A DNA stretch of 64,000 nt from an uncultured Nitrospiraceae bacterium (GCA_963811165.1 CAWEQH010000010.1:1088001-1152000); one strand, 5' to 3'; positions 10,470 through 21,770 are shown, counted from the first letter of the stretch. A program made the numbers and translations. The notes: generated by a model not told the origin, from the sequence alone.

Positions 10470-10583
10470 AATGATCTGCGGGGAGAACAAGTTTGCAAAA
10501 AAGTTCTTATGCTTTTGAAGCCCAAGGTCTGGTAAAATTAGTTGCCGTAGAAGAATGGAATCTTTTATAAAAGGACGCCTATT

Positions 10584-11399
10584 GTGAACGTATTGGACAA
10601 GCTGGAAAGAAGGTTCCGACGATATGCGATAAGGGAATTGATAGTATATATCATCGGGCTCAATGCCCTTATCTATTTCCTCCGTTATGCCTACCCGCAA
10701 AGCGGGGCGATAGGCAAGCTCGTTCTCGACCCCTATCTCGTTATGCAGGGCGAAGTCTGGAGACTGGTCACCTTCGTATTTATACCTCCTGCGACCTCGA
10801 TCCTCTGGATTTTTTTCATCCTGTACTTCTACTACATCGTAGGCATCGGCCTCGAACGCGAATGGGGGAGTTTCAGATTCAACGTCTACTATTTCACCGG
10901 GATGCTCGCCACCGGCCTTGCGGCATTCATCACGGGACAGGGCGCAACAGCGCTCTACCTGAACCTTTCGTTGTTTCTGGCGTTTGCATACGTATACCCC
11001 GACTATCAGATACTGCTGTTTTTCATACTCCCCGTGAAGGTAAAGTATCTGGCCTGGCTCAACTGGGCCTTTATCGGGTTCACCGTCCTGACCGCGCCGC
11101 TTTCGAGCAAGGTAGCGGCACTTGTTTCCGTAGGAAATTATTTCCTTTTTTTCGGCGGCGACATCCTCTCAACTATTCGGAACAGGAGTTCGTCCTATCA
11201 GAGAAGAAAACCTTTCAGGGCGCTTGCACAGCAAAGGCCCTCCACCATTCACCGATGCACAGTCTGCAATAAGACCGAAAAGGACGACCCGCAGATGGAT
11301 TTCAGGTATTGTTCCACCTGCGAAGGCGATTATGAATATTGCATGGAGCATTTAAAGACTCACGAGCACGTAAAGTCTGAAAAAACAGGCAACGGATAA
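10584..11399 (+). CDS. Rhomboid-like membrane protein with C-terminal Cys/His zinc finger
   Basis: GEVWRLVTF, multiple TMs, HRCTVC...FRYCSTC...YCMEH. Confidence 0.75.
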   Translation: MNVLDKLERRFRRYAIRELIVYIIGLNALIYFLRYAYPQSGAIGKLVLDPYLVMQGEVWRLVTFVFIPPATSILWIFFILYFYYIVGIGLEREWGSFRFNVYYFTGMLATGLAAFITGQGATALYLNLSLFLAFAYVYPDYQILLFFILPVKVKYLAWLNWAFIGFTVLTAPLSSKVAALVSVGNYFLFFGGDILSTIRNRSSSYQRRKPFRALAQQRPSTIHRCTVCNKTEKDDPQMDFRYCSTCEGDYEYCMEHLKTHEHVKSEKTGNG

Positions 11400-11441
11400 G
11401 AAAGAAACCTGGAAAAATGCTCAATCGTGCGTCCTTTGCGA

Positions 11442-11681
11442 TTATTTCTTTTCCGACAAAGGCTTTTTCTTTCGGGTGATTTTTTTTTGAGCTACCTTTT
11501 TTATTGTTTTCTTTGTTATTTGTTTTTTGGGTTTCGTTTGTTTTCTCCCACCAGAAGTCATCTCTGTCACCTCGACGCCGCAACAGTAAATGGGACTTAA
11601 CTGGACTTCCCCGGTGGCTGTTACAACGACTTCTGAACCACACTCTGTACACACAAAGTTAACTATTCTTGTTGTTGCCAT
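11442..11681 (-). CDS. Small desulforedoxin-like metal-binding protein with Lys-rich tail
   Basis: ATG 11681 after AAGGGGGA; CTECG...YCCG followed by a K-rich tail. Confidence 0.6.
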   Translation of the reverse strand: MATTRIVNFVCTECGSEVVVTATGEVQLSPIYCCGVEVTEMTSGGRKQTKPKKQITKKTIKKVAQKKITRKKKPLSEKK

Positions 11682-11870
11682 GATTCTTCCCCCTTTTATT
11701 GCAGCTTTTATGGTAATTATATGATCTTTTATGCGCCCTTGCAAATGGTAAGAGAATATCCGGACAACATACCGTGGAATCCGACCGCTTGACAAATGTT
11801 GTTTCTCTGATACATTTATATTAAGTTCCTTGGAACGGACTATATAACCCTGATGAACGGAGGTAGACAC

Positions 11871-12167
11871 ATGAAAGTGAAAGGGGCAATTACGCTTCTT
11901 CTTATCGCCTTTGCAGTGTTAGCTTTTGTTGGAACGGCCCTTGCAAAACAGATGTCCGGAGAAGTGATTGCTGTCGATGCCGCGAAGGGCACTCTTACAC
12001 TAAAGAGCGGAACGGTTGAGACGGGCTACGACTGTGAGGAAGGTTCCCTGATCAAGGATGTTAAGGTTGGGGACAAAGTAACTGTGCAATACAAGGAGAA
12101 AGACGGCAAGAAGATAGCCACAAAGGTTACGCAGAAGAAGAAAAAGAAAGCAGCCGACGGGATGTAA
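11871..12167 (+). CDS. Small exported OB-fold-like protein
   Basis: GGAGG SD, signal peptide ending ALA, GEVIAVD...VKVGDKVTV pattern. Confidence 0.75.
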   Translation: MKVKGAITLLLIAFAVLAFVGTALAKQMSGEVIAVDAAKGTLTLKSGTVETGYDCEEGSLIKDVKVGDKVTVQYKEKDGKKIATKVTQKKKKKAADGM

Positions 12168-12179
12168 GGTTCTTCGCGG

Positions 12180-12217
12180 AAAAGTCGGGCGGGTATCTGC
12201 CCGACTTTTCTGTTTTA
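12180..12217 (+). terminator. Intrinsic terminator
   Basis: AAAAGTCGGGC-GGGTATCT-GCCCGACTTTT followed by T-rich sequence. Confidence 0.75.
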
Positions 12218-12319
12218 TGGTTTTCTGTTGAACGGTACACAATAATTACATTCTGAAACGCCAAACAAGGCGAGGCAAAGATAATCCCTTGATTGCATGG
12301 TAAAAAAAAGAGGAAAGAA

Positions 12320-12658
12320 ATGAAGAAAGTTATTTTTATGGCAGTGTTAATAGTTTTAGGATTAGGCCTGTTTTGGGGCTGCGCCACAATGCGAACAGGG
12401 TCAGATCCCCGGTCTACAAGAATTGAAGGACCAATTATTGAGGACAGGATTGCCGCACTTCAAAGAAGAATTGATGATGGAAAAATCAACGGGCGATATC
12501 CCGGGACGGAAGGGAAAGCGTTGCAATTCAGACTGGACGCCATTCGGGGCGATTATTTACGGATGACAGAAGGAGGCAGATACATCACGCACGAGGAGAG
12601 AAGAGACATTTCGAGCCGGCTTGATTTGTTGGAAAAAGATCTACATCGGTCCCGGTAG
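12320..12658 (+). CDS. Hypothetical lipoprotein
   Basis: MKK, hydrophobic stretch, FWGC lipobox-like motif. Confidence 0.7.
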   Translation: MKKVIFMAVLIVLGLGLFWGCATMRTGSDPRSTRIEGPIIEDRIAALQRRIDDGKINGRYPGTEGKALQFRLDAIRGDYLRMTEGGRYITHEERRDISSRLDLLEKDLHRSR

Positions 12659-12800
12659 ACTTAATGGCAATCTTGTGGTGCTGATCAGAGTCATTCGGGG
12701 CCGCAAACCGTTCCGACGGATTAGACTGTTTTATAAATAAAAAATCAAAAGTCAAAAATCAGGGATGATCCAAGCGCAGGATAATTAAATCGCGCAGATG

Positions 12801-13850
12801 TTAAGACGCTGATCTTGCCTCTGCGGGGGTGACTTCCACTTCAATCTTTTCCCGGACCCTGATGAGCGTGAGCTTCACCGGCCGGCCTATGGGCCACTCG
12901 GCAAGAAATCGGTGTATATGATCGACGCTGGTTACCGGCTGCCCGTTGACGGCAACAATGATGTCTCCCCCCCGTACGTTGCCCTGCCACGCCGGACCAT
13001 TGGGCTCTACCGAGAAGACCTCCACAGCCGAGTCGGCCTGAAGATTATAGAAACGCACCAAGCGGCGGTCCAGGGGGCGCTGTTGCGCGGCTATCCCCAA
13101 ATAGCCCCGAAGTACGCGGCCGTGTGTAAGAAGCTGCGAGACCACCCACTTGGCCGTATCTGACGGAATGGAAAATCCGATGCCCTGCGCCATTATGATA
13201 ATGGCCGTATTGATAGCAACTATATGTCCGCGCGAATCAAGAAGCGGCCCGCCTGAGTTGCCAGGATTGAGCGGGGCCGTGTGCTGGATGACGTTTTCTA
13301 TCAGCCGGCCTTCACGGCTTCTAAGTGCCCTGCCTGTTGCGCTTGCTACGCCTGTCGATACGGTTGACTGGAACCCAAAGGGGTTACCGATAGCTATTAC
13401 CAGCTGGCCTACGCGCAGGGCCGACGAATTTCCCAATGTGGCATAGGGAAGGCTGGAACCGCCGGCGCGGATAACGGCAAGGTCGGTGGCCGGGTCTGTG
13501 CCCACAACCCCGGCTTCCAGGGTTGCTCCGCTGGTCATCGTGACGGCAAGCTCCTGCGCGCCGTGCACAACGTGGTCGTTGGTGAGGATATATCCATCGG
13601 GGGCGATGATAACGCCCGAGCCCGCACCTACCTGTTCGGGCTCTCCTCGATGCAACTGCTTGCCGATTGCGATGCCCACCACCGCCGGTCCCACCGCATC
13701 CACAACGGCTATAACGGCCCTGGAGTATGCATCCAGGAGCTCGGTATCGTATTTTTCCGCTTCTTTAACCTCGCAAGGGGCTTCGGAGGCCTTTATGGCC
13801 TCTTCGCCGTTGACGAACCTCAACGCGCGCTGCCGGATGTCTTCGTTCAT
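12801..13850 (-). CDS. HtrA/DegP-like serine protease with PDZ domain
   Basis: GSGVII, TNDHVV, TDLAV, NPGNSGGPL and C-terminal PDZ; no obvious signal peptide. Confidence 0.93.
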   Translation of the reverse strand: MNEDIRQRALRFVNGEEAIKASEAPCEVKEAEKYDTELLDAYSRAVIAVVDAVGPAVVGIAIGKQLHRGEPEQVGAGSGVIIAPDGYILTNDHVVHGAQELAVTMTSGATLEAGVVGTDPATDLAVIRAGGSSLPYATLGNSSALRVGQLVIAIGNPFGFQSTVSTGVASATGRALRSREGRLIENVIQHTAPLNPGNSGGPLLDSRGHIVAINTAIIIMAQGIGFSIPSDTAKWVVSQLLTHGRVLRGYLGIAAQQRPLDRRLVRFYNLQADSAVEVFSVEPNGPAWQGNVRGGDIIVAVNGQPVTSVDHIHRFLAEWPIGRPVKLTLIRVREKIEVEVTPAEARSAS

Positions 13851-13908
13851 TTTTTTCTCTGATACAAGATGTTTTATTTATAGCTTATCATATTCCACTG
13901 CCGGCCTC

Positions 13909-16110
13909 TCACTGATCCAATACCTCTCGTATCCTTCTCAAGATTGCATCCGGCGAGGCGGCCTTTGATATGAAATTGATTCCTCCCTCACTTACTCCGA
14001 GAGAGTCAATAATATCCGCAGTGTAACCACTGACAAAAAGAAATTTAGTCTGCGGGTGTATCTTCCTGATCTCTTCATACACTACTCTGCCGTTTTTTTT
14101 CGGCATCCTTACATCAAGAAATACAAGCTGAATTCTGTCTTTGTTCTCCATAAACACCTTGATCGCTTCCTCCCCATCCCGCGCCTCCAAAACAGTATAC
14201 CCGATCATCCTCACCATCTCGCTCATTGTCGCCCTTGCATCTTCGTCGTCCTCTGCCAAAAGGATCGTCTCCGTCCCTCCTGCGGCCAGGCGTCTGTCCC
14301 GTCCTATCGGTTGGATGACTTCCGCTTCCACTGTCGGAAAGTAGATCCTGAAGGTTGTCCCTTCTCCGGTAACAGACTCCACGTCAATGAATCCATTATG
14401 CTTTTTTACTATCCCGTAGGTAACCGCAAGTCCCAGCCCCGACCCCTTCCCCACTGCCTTCGTCGTAAAGAACGGCTCGAATATCTTCCCCCTTATGGCA
14501 TCTTCTATCCCGGCACCGTTGTCGGAAATGGTCAAAACGACATATTCCCCCGGGACACCGTACCCATGCTGCTTTTTAAATTCCTCATCCATCTTCATTA
14601 CGTCAGTGCCTATAGTCAGCCTTCCTCCGTCGGGCATCGCATCCCTTGCATTGGTAGCAAGATTGACCAAAACCTGCTCTATCTGGTTAATGTCCGCCAT
14701 CACCGTCGGGTTCTTGTCACTGAGCATCATTGCCAACTCTATGTCTTCACCAATAAGCTGGACCAGCATTTTTCCCACATTGCCGATAATTTCATTGAAA
14801 TGCACAGGTCTCAGGGAAATCTTCTGTTTTCTGCTGAAGGTAAGAAGATCCTGACTCAGAATGTTCGCCTTGTTAATCGAAGCGAGGACCTGCCGGACAT
14901 ATTTCATGACCGGGATGTCTTCCGGCAGTTTTTTTTGTATCAGGTACACAGATCCCTTCATGGTCGCTAAAATATTGCTGAACTCATGGGCGATCCCCCC
15001 GGCCAGGATCCCGACCGCCTCAAGTTTTTGGGACTGCCGCAACTGATCATTCAGAAGTGACAACTCCTTGGTACGCTGCTCAACCAATTTCTCAAGCTGG
15101 GTACGGTACTTTTCCAGTTCCATCTCTGCATGCTTGCGCTCGGAGATGTCAGTGATCACGCCGATCACGCCGAGTTCGTTGCCCTGAGCGTCATGGAAGC
15201 GTCTGCAGGCAAGATGGCCCCAGAACTCGGTGCCGTCCTTCCTTACGTAGTGGCGCTCGAGGTTCACCGAAGGTATCGTACTTGCCAGCAAGGCACGCAT
15301 ATTGAGCCTGCTGGTCTCCCGCTCGGAGGGATGAACATGATCTGCATATTCACTCTCGATAAGTTCCTCCATCGCGCAGCCGAACATCTCGGCCATGCAT
15401 CTGTTGGCATGGGTGATTCGACCACGTTTGTCCACGAGGCCGATCCCCACACTCGCCGTATCCATGATCTGCTGCACCATGACCCCGTGCTCCGCGATCT
15501 CCCTCGCTGCCCGCTTCCGCTCGCTGATGTCACGAACGATCGCCTGCACGTTCATCTTGCCGCCCAGTTCGAGCCTGCTTAGCGTAATCTCCACGTCAAA
15601 GGGGCTCCCGTCCGCACGCACCGGCTGCCACTCAAAGACCTGGGGGACGCCGTTCAACGCGGCCCGGATCTTCTCGCCGGCCACTTCCGACGAAAGCCGT
15701 CCATCGGGCTGCAGCTTTGGAGCGAACTCGCCGGGCGAACGGCCGATGATCTCCGCCTTCGTGAGCCCGTACATCTCGGCGCCTTTTTGGTTGCAGTCGA
15801 TAAAGCCGGTCTCATCATGGATGAAGATCCCGTCATTCGCAGATTCAAAGAGCAATCGGTATTTTCCCTCGTTTTCACGAAGTGAAATTTCAGACTGGGT
15901 CCTCTGCCTTGAATACAAACTGATAAGCCCATACAAAAAAGCCGCTGTCACCGATATGAACAGCCACCCTTTCACGATGCTGATTTTGGTAAGTATTTCA
16001 GGGTCTTTAGTTATTTGGGATACGAGGACATCAGAAGAGATTATCCACAAAAAACCGAAGACGATATAATATATGACAATTTTAAGAGGGGAAAGGTTCC
16101 GATCCATCAT
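13909..16110 (-). CDS. Hybrid sensor histidine kinase (2 TM, 2 PAS, HisKA, HATPase, REC)
   Basis: AGGIAHEFSN H-box, NARDAM, FEPFFTTK, GSGLGL, receiver LLAEDD/LDVRMP. Confidence 0.93.
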   Translation of the reverse strand: MMDRNLSPLKIVIYYIVFGFLWIISSDVLVSQITKDPEILTKISIVKGWLFISVTAAFLYGLISLYSRQRTQSEISLRENEGKYRLLFESANDGIFIHDETGFIDCNQKGAEMYGLTKAEIIGRSPGEFAPKLQPDGRLSSEVAGEKIRAALNGVPQVFEWQPVRADGSPFDVEITLSRLELGGKMNVQAIVRDISERKRAAREIAEHGVMVQQIMDTASVGIGLVDKRGRITHANRCMAEMFGCAMEELIESEYADHVHPSERETSRLNMRALLASTIPSVNLERHYVRKDGTEFWGHLACRRFHDAQGNELGVIGVITDISERKHAEMELEKYRTQLEKLVEQRTKELSLLNDQLRQSQKLEAVGILAGGIAHEFSNILATMKGSVYLIQKKLPEDIPVMKYVRQVLASINKANILSQDLLTFSRKQKISLRPVHFNEIIGNVGKMLVQLIGEDIELAMMLSDKNPTVMADINQIEQVLVNLATNARDAMPDGGRLTIGTDVMKMDEEFKKQHGYGVPGEYVVLTISDNGAGIEDAIRGKIFEPFFTTKAVGKGSGLGLAVTYGIVKKHNGFIDVESVTGEGTTFRIYFPTVEAEVIQPIGRDRRLAAGGTETILLAEDDEDARATMSEMVRMIGYTVLEARDGEEAIKVFMENKDRIQLVFLDVRMPKKNGRVVYEEIRKIHPQTKFLFVSGYTADIIDSLGVSEGGINFISKAASPDAILRRIREVLDQ

Positions 16111-16297
16111 TAAAAAATCCTATCACATATGGATGGGTCATGACAAATACCCGGTCTCCCTTTAATGCTTCAAGCCGGCATATAGTGAATACATAGCAAT
16201 GCGTTTCTGCAATTATCAGCTCGACCGACCGAGCCAGATGAGACTGACAAAAGGGAGGAATTTCGAGGCGGACTTTATACCCGGAAAATAAACGGGG

Positions 16298-17545
16298 TTA
16301 ACCGACTATACCGTCGAGGACGTTCTTCTGGAGCGGCCCCAGGGCGGTCACCGCAAACGCGTCCCCGCTAATCAGCCGCCCGGAGAGCTCCCTGATCTGC
16401 TTCATATTGACCATGTCCACTGACTTCAGGATTTCCTCGGGAGAAATGTACCTGCCGAAATAGATCTCCTGTCTCGCGAGGTTGTTCATCCTGCTGTTTG
16501 TCGACTCAAGACCGAGTATCAGGTTCCCTTTCAGGTGGTTCTTCGCCCTCTGCAGTTCGACCTCGGTGAGAGTATGGCTGAAGTCCCGCATCTCGGCGAT
16601 GATGACCTCGGCCACTTCCCTTATCCTTTTTTTGGACACGCCGGCGTATACGCCCCACAACCCTGAATCCAGATATGAGGACGTGAACGAATACACTGAA
16701 TACGCAAGTCCCCTTTTCTCTCTTATCTCCTGGAAAAGACGCGAACTCACGCCTGCGCCGAGTATCGTGTTTAAGACGAAAAACGCGTACCGTTCCTCGC
16801 TCACCTGGGAGACACCGGGCACCCCTATGCAGACATGCGCCTCGGACATCTCCTTTGAGTAGACCTTGATGCTCCGATGAAATTCCGGTCCTACACCTTT
16901 CTTCGGGGTCGAACCCTGTCTGAGCCCCCCGAAGCGCCGGTTCAGGGTCGTGATCATCTCTTCCGGCTGAAAATTCCCGGCACAGGAGATAACGATGTCC
17001 TTTGTCCCGTAATATTTCTTGATATGAGACATCACATGGTCCCTCGTAAAAGACGCGACCGTCTCGCGCCGACCCAGGATCGGCTGGCCTATCCCCTCCT
17101 GTCCCCACACGGCCAGGCTGAAAAGGTCATGGATATAATCGTCCGGAGTGTCTTCGACCATCTTTATCTCTTCTTTGATGATCTTCTTTTCTTTCTCGAG
17201 CTCGTCTTCAGGGAATACCGAGTTAACGAAAATATCTGAGAGCAGGTCGATGCCTTTATCTATGTGTTCGTCAAGGACCTTGATGTAAAAGGCGGTATTT
17301 TCCCTCGACGTAAAGGCATTAAGGTCGCCGCCCAAAGAATCTATGTCAACGGAGATGTCCTTCGTCGTCCTTTTCTTGGTGCCCTTAAAAAACATGTGTT
17401 CCAGGAAGTGGGATATGCCGTTTTCCTCGCGTGACTCGTATCTCGAGCCGACCTTTACCCACACACCCACCGCCACGGAGCGCACGCTTCTGATCGGCTC
17501 CATGACCACCGGTATCCCGTTTTCGAGGTGTTCTTTTTTAAACAT
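16298..17545 (-). CDS. M16 family zinc peptidase
   Basis: HFLEH inverted zincin motif, NAFTS; typical position downstream of pnp. Confidence 0.93.
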   Translation of the reverse strand: MFKKEHLENGIPVVMEPIRSVRSVAVGVWVKVGSRYESREENGISHFLEHMFFKGTKKRTTKDISVDIDSLGGDLNAFTSRENTAFYIKVLDEHIDKGIDLLSDIFVNSVFPEDELEKEKKIIKEEIKMVEDTPDDYIHDLFSLAVWGQEGIGQPILGRRETVASFTRDHVMSHIKKYYGTKDIVISCAGNFQPEEMITTLNRRFGGLRQGSTPKKGVGPEFHRSIKVYSKEMSEAHVCIGVPGVSQVSEERYAFFVLNTILGAGVSSRLFQEIREKRGLAYSVYSFTSSYLDSGLWGVYAGVSKKRIREVAEVIIAEMRDFSHTLTEVELQRAKNHLKGNLILGLESTNSRMNNLARQEIYFGRYISPEEILKSVDMVNMKQIRELSGRLISGDAFAVTALGPLQKNVLDGIVG

Positions 17546-17600
17546 TTCGTTTCCCTTCTATCCCCAGCTTCGCAAAAGCATTAGTCGAAGTCAAGACACT

Positions 17601-17631
17601 AAAAATAAAAAGGGGATATACCTATCCCCTT
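17601..17631 (-). terminator. Intrinsic terminator after pnp
   Basis: AGGGGATA/TATCCCCT stem followed by T runs on the minus strand. Confidence 0.6.
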
Positions 17632-17658
17632 CGACCTATCGATAAAGCGGAAATTAAA

Positions 17659-19755
17659 CTATTCCGCCGCTGAACCTTTCTCCTTCATCGCCTCTTTCCT
17701 GCTCAGGCGGATCCTGCCCATCTTGTCTATCTCTATTACCTTCACGAGGACCTCGTCTCCTTCTTTGACCACGTCGGTGACCTGCGCCACCCTCTTGTCA
17801 TCGAGCTGAGAAATATGGACGAGCCCCTCAGTCCCGGGAATGATCTCTACGAAGGCCCCGAAATCCATGATCCTCTTGACCTTGCCATGGTAGATCTTCC
17901 CGATCTCCGCCTCGGCGGTAATATTGTTGATGATGTCTATCGCCTTCTGGGCGGCTTCGCCGTCCGCGGCGGCGATATTGATAAGGCCGCTGTCGTCTAT
18001 GTCTATCTTTACGCCCGTCTGCTCGATGATGCCGCGGATGACCTTTCCACCGGTGCCGATGACGTCGCGTATCTTCTCTGTTTTGATATGCATGGTGTAG
18101 ATCCTCGGTGCGTGCATCGAGAGGTCGGACCTGGGCCCTTCGAGTGTCTCCTTCATCTTGCCGAGTATGAATACCCTACCCTGCCTCGCCTGCTCAAGCG
18201 CCTTTTCCATGACTCCCCTGGGAATACCACCGATCTTAGTGTCCATCTGGAAGGCACAGATGCCGTTTTCCGTACCTGTGACTTTAAAGTCCATATCGCC
18301 CAGGTGGTCTTCAAGTCCGAGGATATCGGTCAGTACCACAAACCTGTCCCCTTCCTTGATAAGTCCCATGGCGATGCCCGCTACAGGAGATTTGATAGGT
18401 ACGCCGGCATCCATCAGGGCCAGTGTGCCGCCGCAGACCGTCGCCATCGAAGAAGAGCCGTTTGACTCCAGGATGTCCGAGACGATACGCACCGTATAGG
18501 GAAACTCGGTCTTTTGCGGCATGACGGCCTTAAGCGACCTCTCCGCAAGTATCCCGTGACCGATCTCCCTTCTGCCCGGTGACCTAAGGGGCTTCACTTC
18601 CCCCACGCTGAAGGGTGGGAAATTATAATGGAGCATGAAGGTCTTCGACGTCTCCCCTTCAAGCGAATCGATCCTCTGTTCATCATCCGAGGTGCCGAGT
18701 GTAACTACTGCAAGGCACTGCGTCTCACCTCTTATGAACAAAGCGGAACCGTGCGTCCTGGGCAGGATCCCGACTTCGGCAGTGATCTGCCTGATCTGTT
18801 CCGGCGACCTCCCATCGGCCCTGATGTTGTCGTTTAGGATCATGTTCCTTACAAGCTGCTTTTCGATATCGTGAAACACGGCGGAGACCTCCGCCGAGAT
18901 GTTTTTCTCTTCGGTATTGAGCTGCTCGATTATTCCCTTTCTGATCTCGTCGAGGGCCGACTGCCTCAGCATCTTGTCGGGAATAACGATTGCCTCTTTT
19001 ATCTTTCCAAGGGCCATATCCCTGACGGTCTTTTCGAGCGCCACGTCGGTGACCGGCGCAACCACGGTCCTCTTCGGTTTTCCGGCCTTCGCCCTAAACT
19101 CATTTTGGGCCTGGCAGAGACGCTTGATCTCCCTATGGGCGATATCTATCGCCTCGAGGAGGTCCGTCTCGCTCATCTCCTGGGCGCTGCCCTCGACCAT
19201 CGCCACGGCCTCTTCGGTCCCGGCAACAACGAGATTAATATCGCACTCTTCAGCTTCCCTCAAGTCCGGGTTGATCACAAAAGAACCTGATATCCTTCCG
19301 ATCCTTACCGCGCCCACCGGACCGTCAAAGGGTATGTCTGATATATGAAGGGCAGCGGACATCGCGGTGATCCCGAGAAGGTCGGCTATGTTTTCGTCCC
19401 CGTAGGAAAGGACGCTTACGATGCCCTGGGTCTCGCAGGCAAACCCTTTTGGGAAAAGCGGCCGCACCGGCCTGTCGATAAGCCGTGAGGTAAGGACCTC
19501 TTTTTCAGTGGGCCTTCCCTCTCTCTTAAAAAAACCACCGGGGATCTTCCCGGCTGAATAAGTCTTTTCCTGATAATCTATCGTCAGAGGGAAAAAATCG
19601 ATCCCTTCCCTCGGAGTTTTACTGCTGACCGCCGTTGCAAGTATGACCGTATCGCCGTACTGGGCGACCACGGACCCGTCCGCCTGCCTCGCCATCTTGC
19701 CGGTCTCAAAACTCAGCCCTTTTTCGCGGACTTCAATCTCAATTCTATTTACCAT
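17659..19755 (-). CDS. pnp: Polyribonucleotide nucleotidyltransferase
   Basis: FFPLT, GKIPGGFFKREG, RREIGHG, SNGSSSMA, GDMDFKV, KH and S1 domains. Confidence 0.98.
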   Translation of the reverse strand: MVNRIEIEVREKGLSFETGKMARQADGSVVAQYGDTVILATAVSSKTPREGIDFFPLTIDYQEKTYSAGKIPGGFFKREGRPTEKEVLTSRLIDRPVRPLFPKGFACETQGIVSVLSYGDENIADLLGITAMSAALHISDIPFDGPVGAVRIGRISGSFVINPDLREAEECDINLVVAGTEEAVAMVEGSAQEMSETDLLEAIDIAHREIKRLCQAQNEFRAKAGKPKRTVVAPVTDVALEKTVRDMALGKIKEAIVIPDKMLRQSALDEIRKGIIEQLNTEEKNISAEVSAVFHDIEKQLVRNMILNDNIRADGRSPEQIRQITAEVGILPRTHGSALFIRGETQCLAVVTLGTSDDEQRIDSLEGETSKTFMLHYNFPPFSVGEVKPLRSPGRREIGHGILAERSLKAVMPQKTEFPYTVRIVSDILESNGSSSMATVCGGTLALMDAGVPIKSPVAGIAMGLIKEGDRFVVLTDILGLEDHLGDMDFKVTGTENGICAFQMDTKIGGIPRGVMEKALEQARQGRVFILGKMKETLEGPRSDLSMHAPRIYTMHIKTEKIRDVIGTGGKVIRGIIEQTGVKIDIDDSGLINIAAADGEAAQKAIDIINNITAEAEIGKIYHGKVKRIMDFGAFVEIIPGTEGLVHISQLDDKRVAQVTDVVKEGDEVLVKVIEIDKMGRIRLSRKEAMKEKGSAAE

Positions 19756-19761
19756 TTTTTC

Positions 19762-20028
19762 CTATTTCCTGATTCCAAGCCGACTGATAATAGTATCGTA
19801 TCGCTCTTTGTTTGATGTTTTCAGATAGTCTAGCAACTTTCTCCTCTGGCCGACAAGCTTAAGCAGCCCCCTCCTGGAATGGTGATCCTTTGTATGAATC
19901 CTGAAGTGCTCGGTGAGATATCCTATCCTTTCACTCAGTATCGCGATCTGTACCTCCGGTGAACCGGTATCCTTTTCGTGGATCTTGAAATCACTAATGA
20001 TCTTCTGCTTGTTTTTTTCGATTCCCAT
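19762..20028 (-). CDS. rpsO: 30S ribosomal protein S15
   Basis: [30 protein letters not shown]; precedes pnp. Confidence 0.97.
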   Translation of the reverse strand: MGIEKNKQKIISDFKIHEKDTGSPEVQIAILSERIGYLTEHFRIHTKDHHSRRGLLKLVGQRRKLLDYLKTSNKERYDTIISRLGIRK

Positions 20029-20117
20029 CGAATCACCACCTTTCAATTATAAATTTTCGTGTCGTTAAGATTACCACAGGCCGCGCAGTTCTGTAAAGGT
20101 TACGGGCCGGGGCCGGC

Positions 20118-21770
20118 CTATTTCATTATCGCTCCCTCATTGGCCGAGCTGACGTACCTCGCATATCTTGCGAGATACCCCTTAGTGATCTTCGGCGCCG
20201 GCTTTTTCCATGTTTTCAGTCTCCTGCCGATTTCATCTTCCGTCAAGAGGACATCGAGGCCCCTGCGGGGAATATCGATGCGTATCAGGTCACCGTCTTT
20301 GACCACGGCAAGCGGCCCGCCTTCCATCGCCTCAGGTGAAATGTGCCCTATACAGGGCCCCCTCGTACCGCCTGAGAACCTCCCGTCGGTGATAAGCGCT
20401 ACCGATTCGCTAAGCCCCATGCCGGCTATCGCCGAGGTGGGCGACAGCATCTCCCGCATGCCCGGGCCGCCCTTGGGGCCTTCATACCGTATCACCACCA
20501 CATGGCCGGATTTTACCTTCCCCGCAAGTATCGACTTCATCGCCTCCTCTTCGGAATTGAATACTATGGCGGTGCCCTTGAACTTCATCATGTTTTTGCT
20601 GACCGCAGACTGTTTCACGACCGCCCCTCCCGGAGCAAGGTTGCCCTTAAGGACGACGATCCCGCCCTCTGCATGATGGGCGCGTTCCAGAGGCCTGATC
20701 ACGTCCTCATCGAATATCTCCGCTGCATCTGCTATCTCATATATGCTTCTGCCGCCGACCGTTATATTGTCGTGGAGCTTCTTTCTCAGCCTTTTGAGCA
20801 CCGCCGGGATGCCCCCGGCATAATCCAGGTCCTCCAGATAGTTCTTCCCGCCCGGCAGCATATCGGCGATGTGGGGTGTCTGAAGCGCAAGTCTGTCAAA
20901 TGCCTCAAGCGGAAGATCGATCCCTGCATCGTGGGCGATCGCGGGAATATGCAGGGTCGTGTTAGTGGAGCCGCCTAGGGCGAGATCGACCATGATGGCG
21001 TTTTCGAAAGCCCTCATGTTCATGATCTTCCTTGGCGTCACGTTCTTTTTCACAAGTTGCGTAATGAGACGCCCGCTTTCGAAGGCTATCCTCCTTTTCT
21101 TCGAAGATACCGCCAGTGCAGTAGCGCAGCCCTCTATACTCATGCCCAGCGCCTCGGTGACGCAGGCCATCGTGTTGGCGGTATACATACCCTGGCAGGA
21201 ACCTGCGCCGGGACAGGCGCACATCTCCAGTGCCTCCAGTTCCTCACTCCTGATGAGCCCCTTTTTGAACTTGCCGACCGCCTCGAAGGTGTCGCTCGTC
21301 AGGTTCAGCCTCCTGCCCTTATAATGCCCCGAAATCATCGGCCCCGCGGTCACCACAATCGAAGGGATATTCACCCTTCCCGCAGCCATGAGCATGCCGG
21401 GTGTGATCTTGTCGCAATTGGTAAGAAGTACGAGCCCGTCGAGCTTGTGTGCCTCGGCGACCGTCTCTACCATGTCGGCGATAAGTTCCCTTGAGGCAAG
21501 AGAATAATGCATCCCGCCGTGGCCCATGGCGATCCCGTCGCAAATGCCCGGGATACCGAAAAAAAACGGATACCCTCCCCCGGTATGCACTCCCTTTTCA
21601 ATGAACCTCTCGAGGTCCCTCATCCCGGAATGACCCGGTATCAGGTCGGTAAAACTCGTGGCAACACCGATAAAGGGTTTCCCGATTTCGCTCTTGGGAA
21701 GCCCCGTTGCGTAAAGCAATGCCCGGTGGGGCATGCGTTCAATGCCTTCTTTTATTATCTTGCTTCTCAT
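20118..21770 (-). CDS. ilvD: Dihydroxy-acid dehydratase
   Basis: [47 protein letters not shown]. Confidence 0.97.
   Translation of the reverse strand: MRSKIIKEGIERMPHRALLYATGLPKSEIGKPFIGVATSFTDLIPGHSGMRDLERFIEKGVHTGGGYPFFFGIPGICDGIAMGHGGMHYSLASRELIADMVETVAEAHKLDGLVLLTNCDKITPGMLMAAGRVNIPSIVVTAGPMISGHYKGRRLNLTSDTFEAVGKFKKGLIRSEELEALEMCACPGAGSCQGMYTANTMACVTEALGMSIEGCATALAVSSKKRRIAFESGRLITQLVKKNVTPRKIMNMRAFENAIMVDLALGGSTNTTLHIPAIAHDAGIDLPLEAFDRLALQTPHIADMLPGGKNYLEDLDYAGGIPAVLKRLRKKLHDNITVGGRSIYEIADAAEIFDEDVIRPLERAHHAEGGIVVLKGNLAPGGAVVKQSAVSKNMMKFKGTAIVFNSEEEAMKSILAGKVKSGHVVVIRYEGPKGGPGMREMLSPTSAIAGMGLSESVALITDGRFSGGTRGPCIGHISPEAMEGGPLAVVKDGDLIRIDIPRRGLDVLLTEDEIGRRLKTWKKPAPKITKGYLARYARYVSSANEGAIMK

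Noticed and set aside
11871..12167. ExtJ-like assignment
   Set aside because: Far from the ext-like cassette and ends in GM rather than Cys; similarity too generic.
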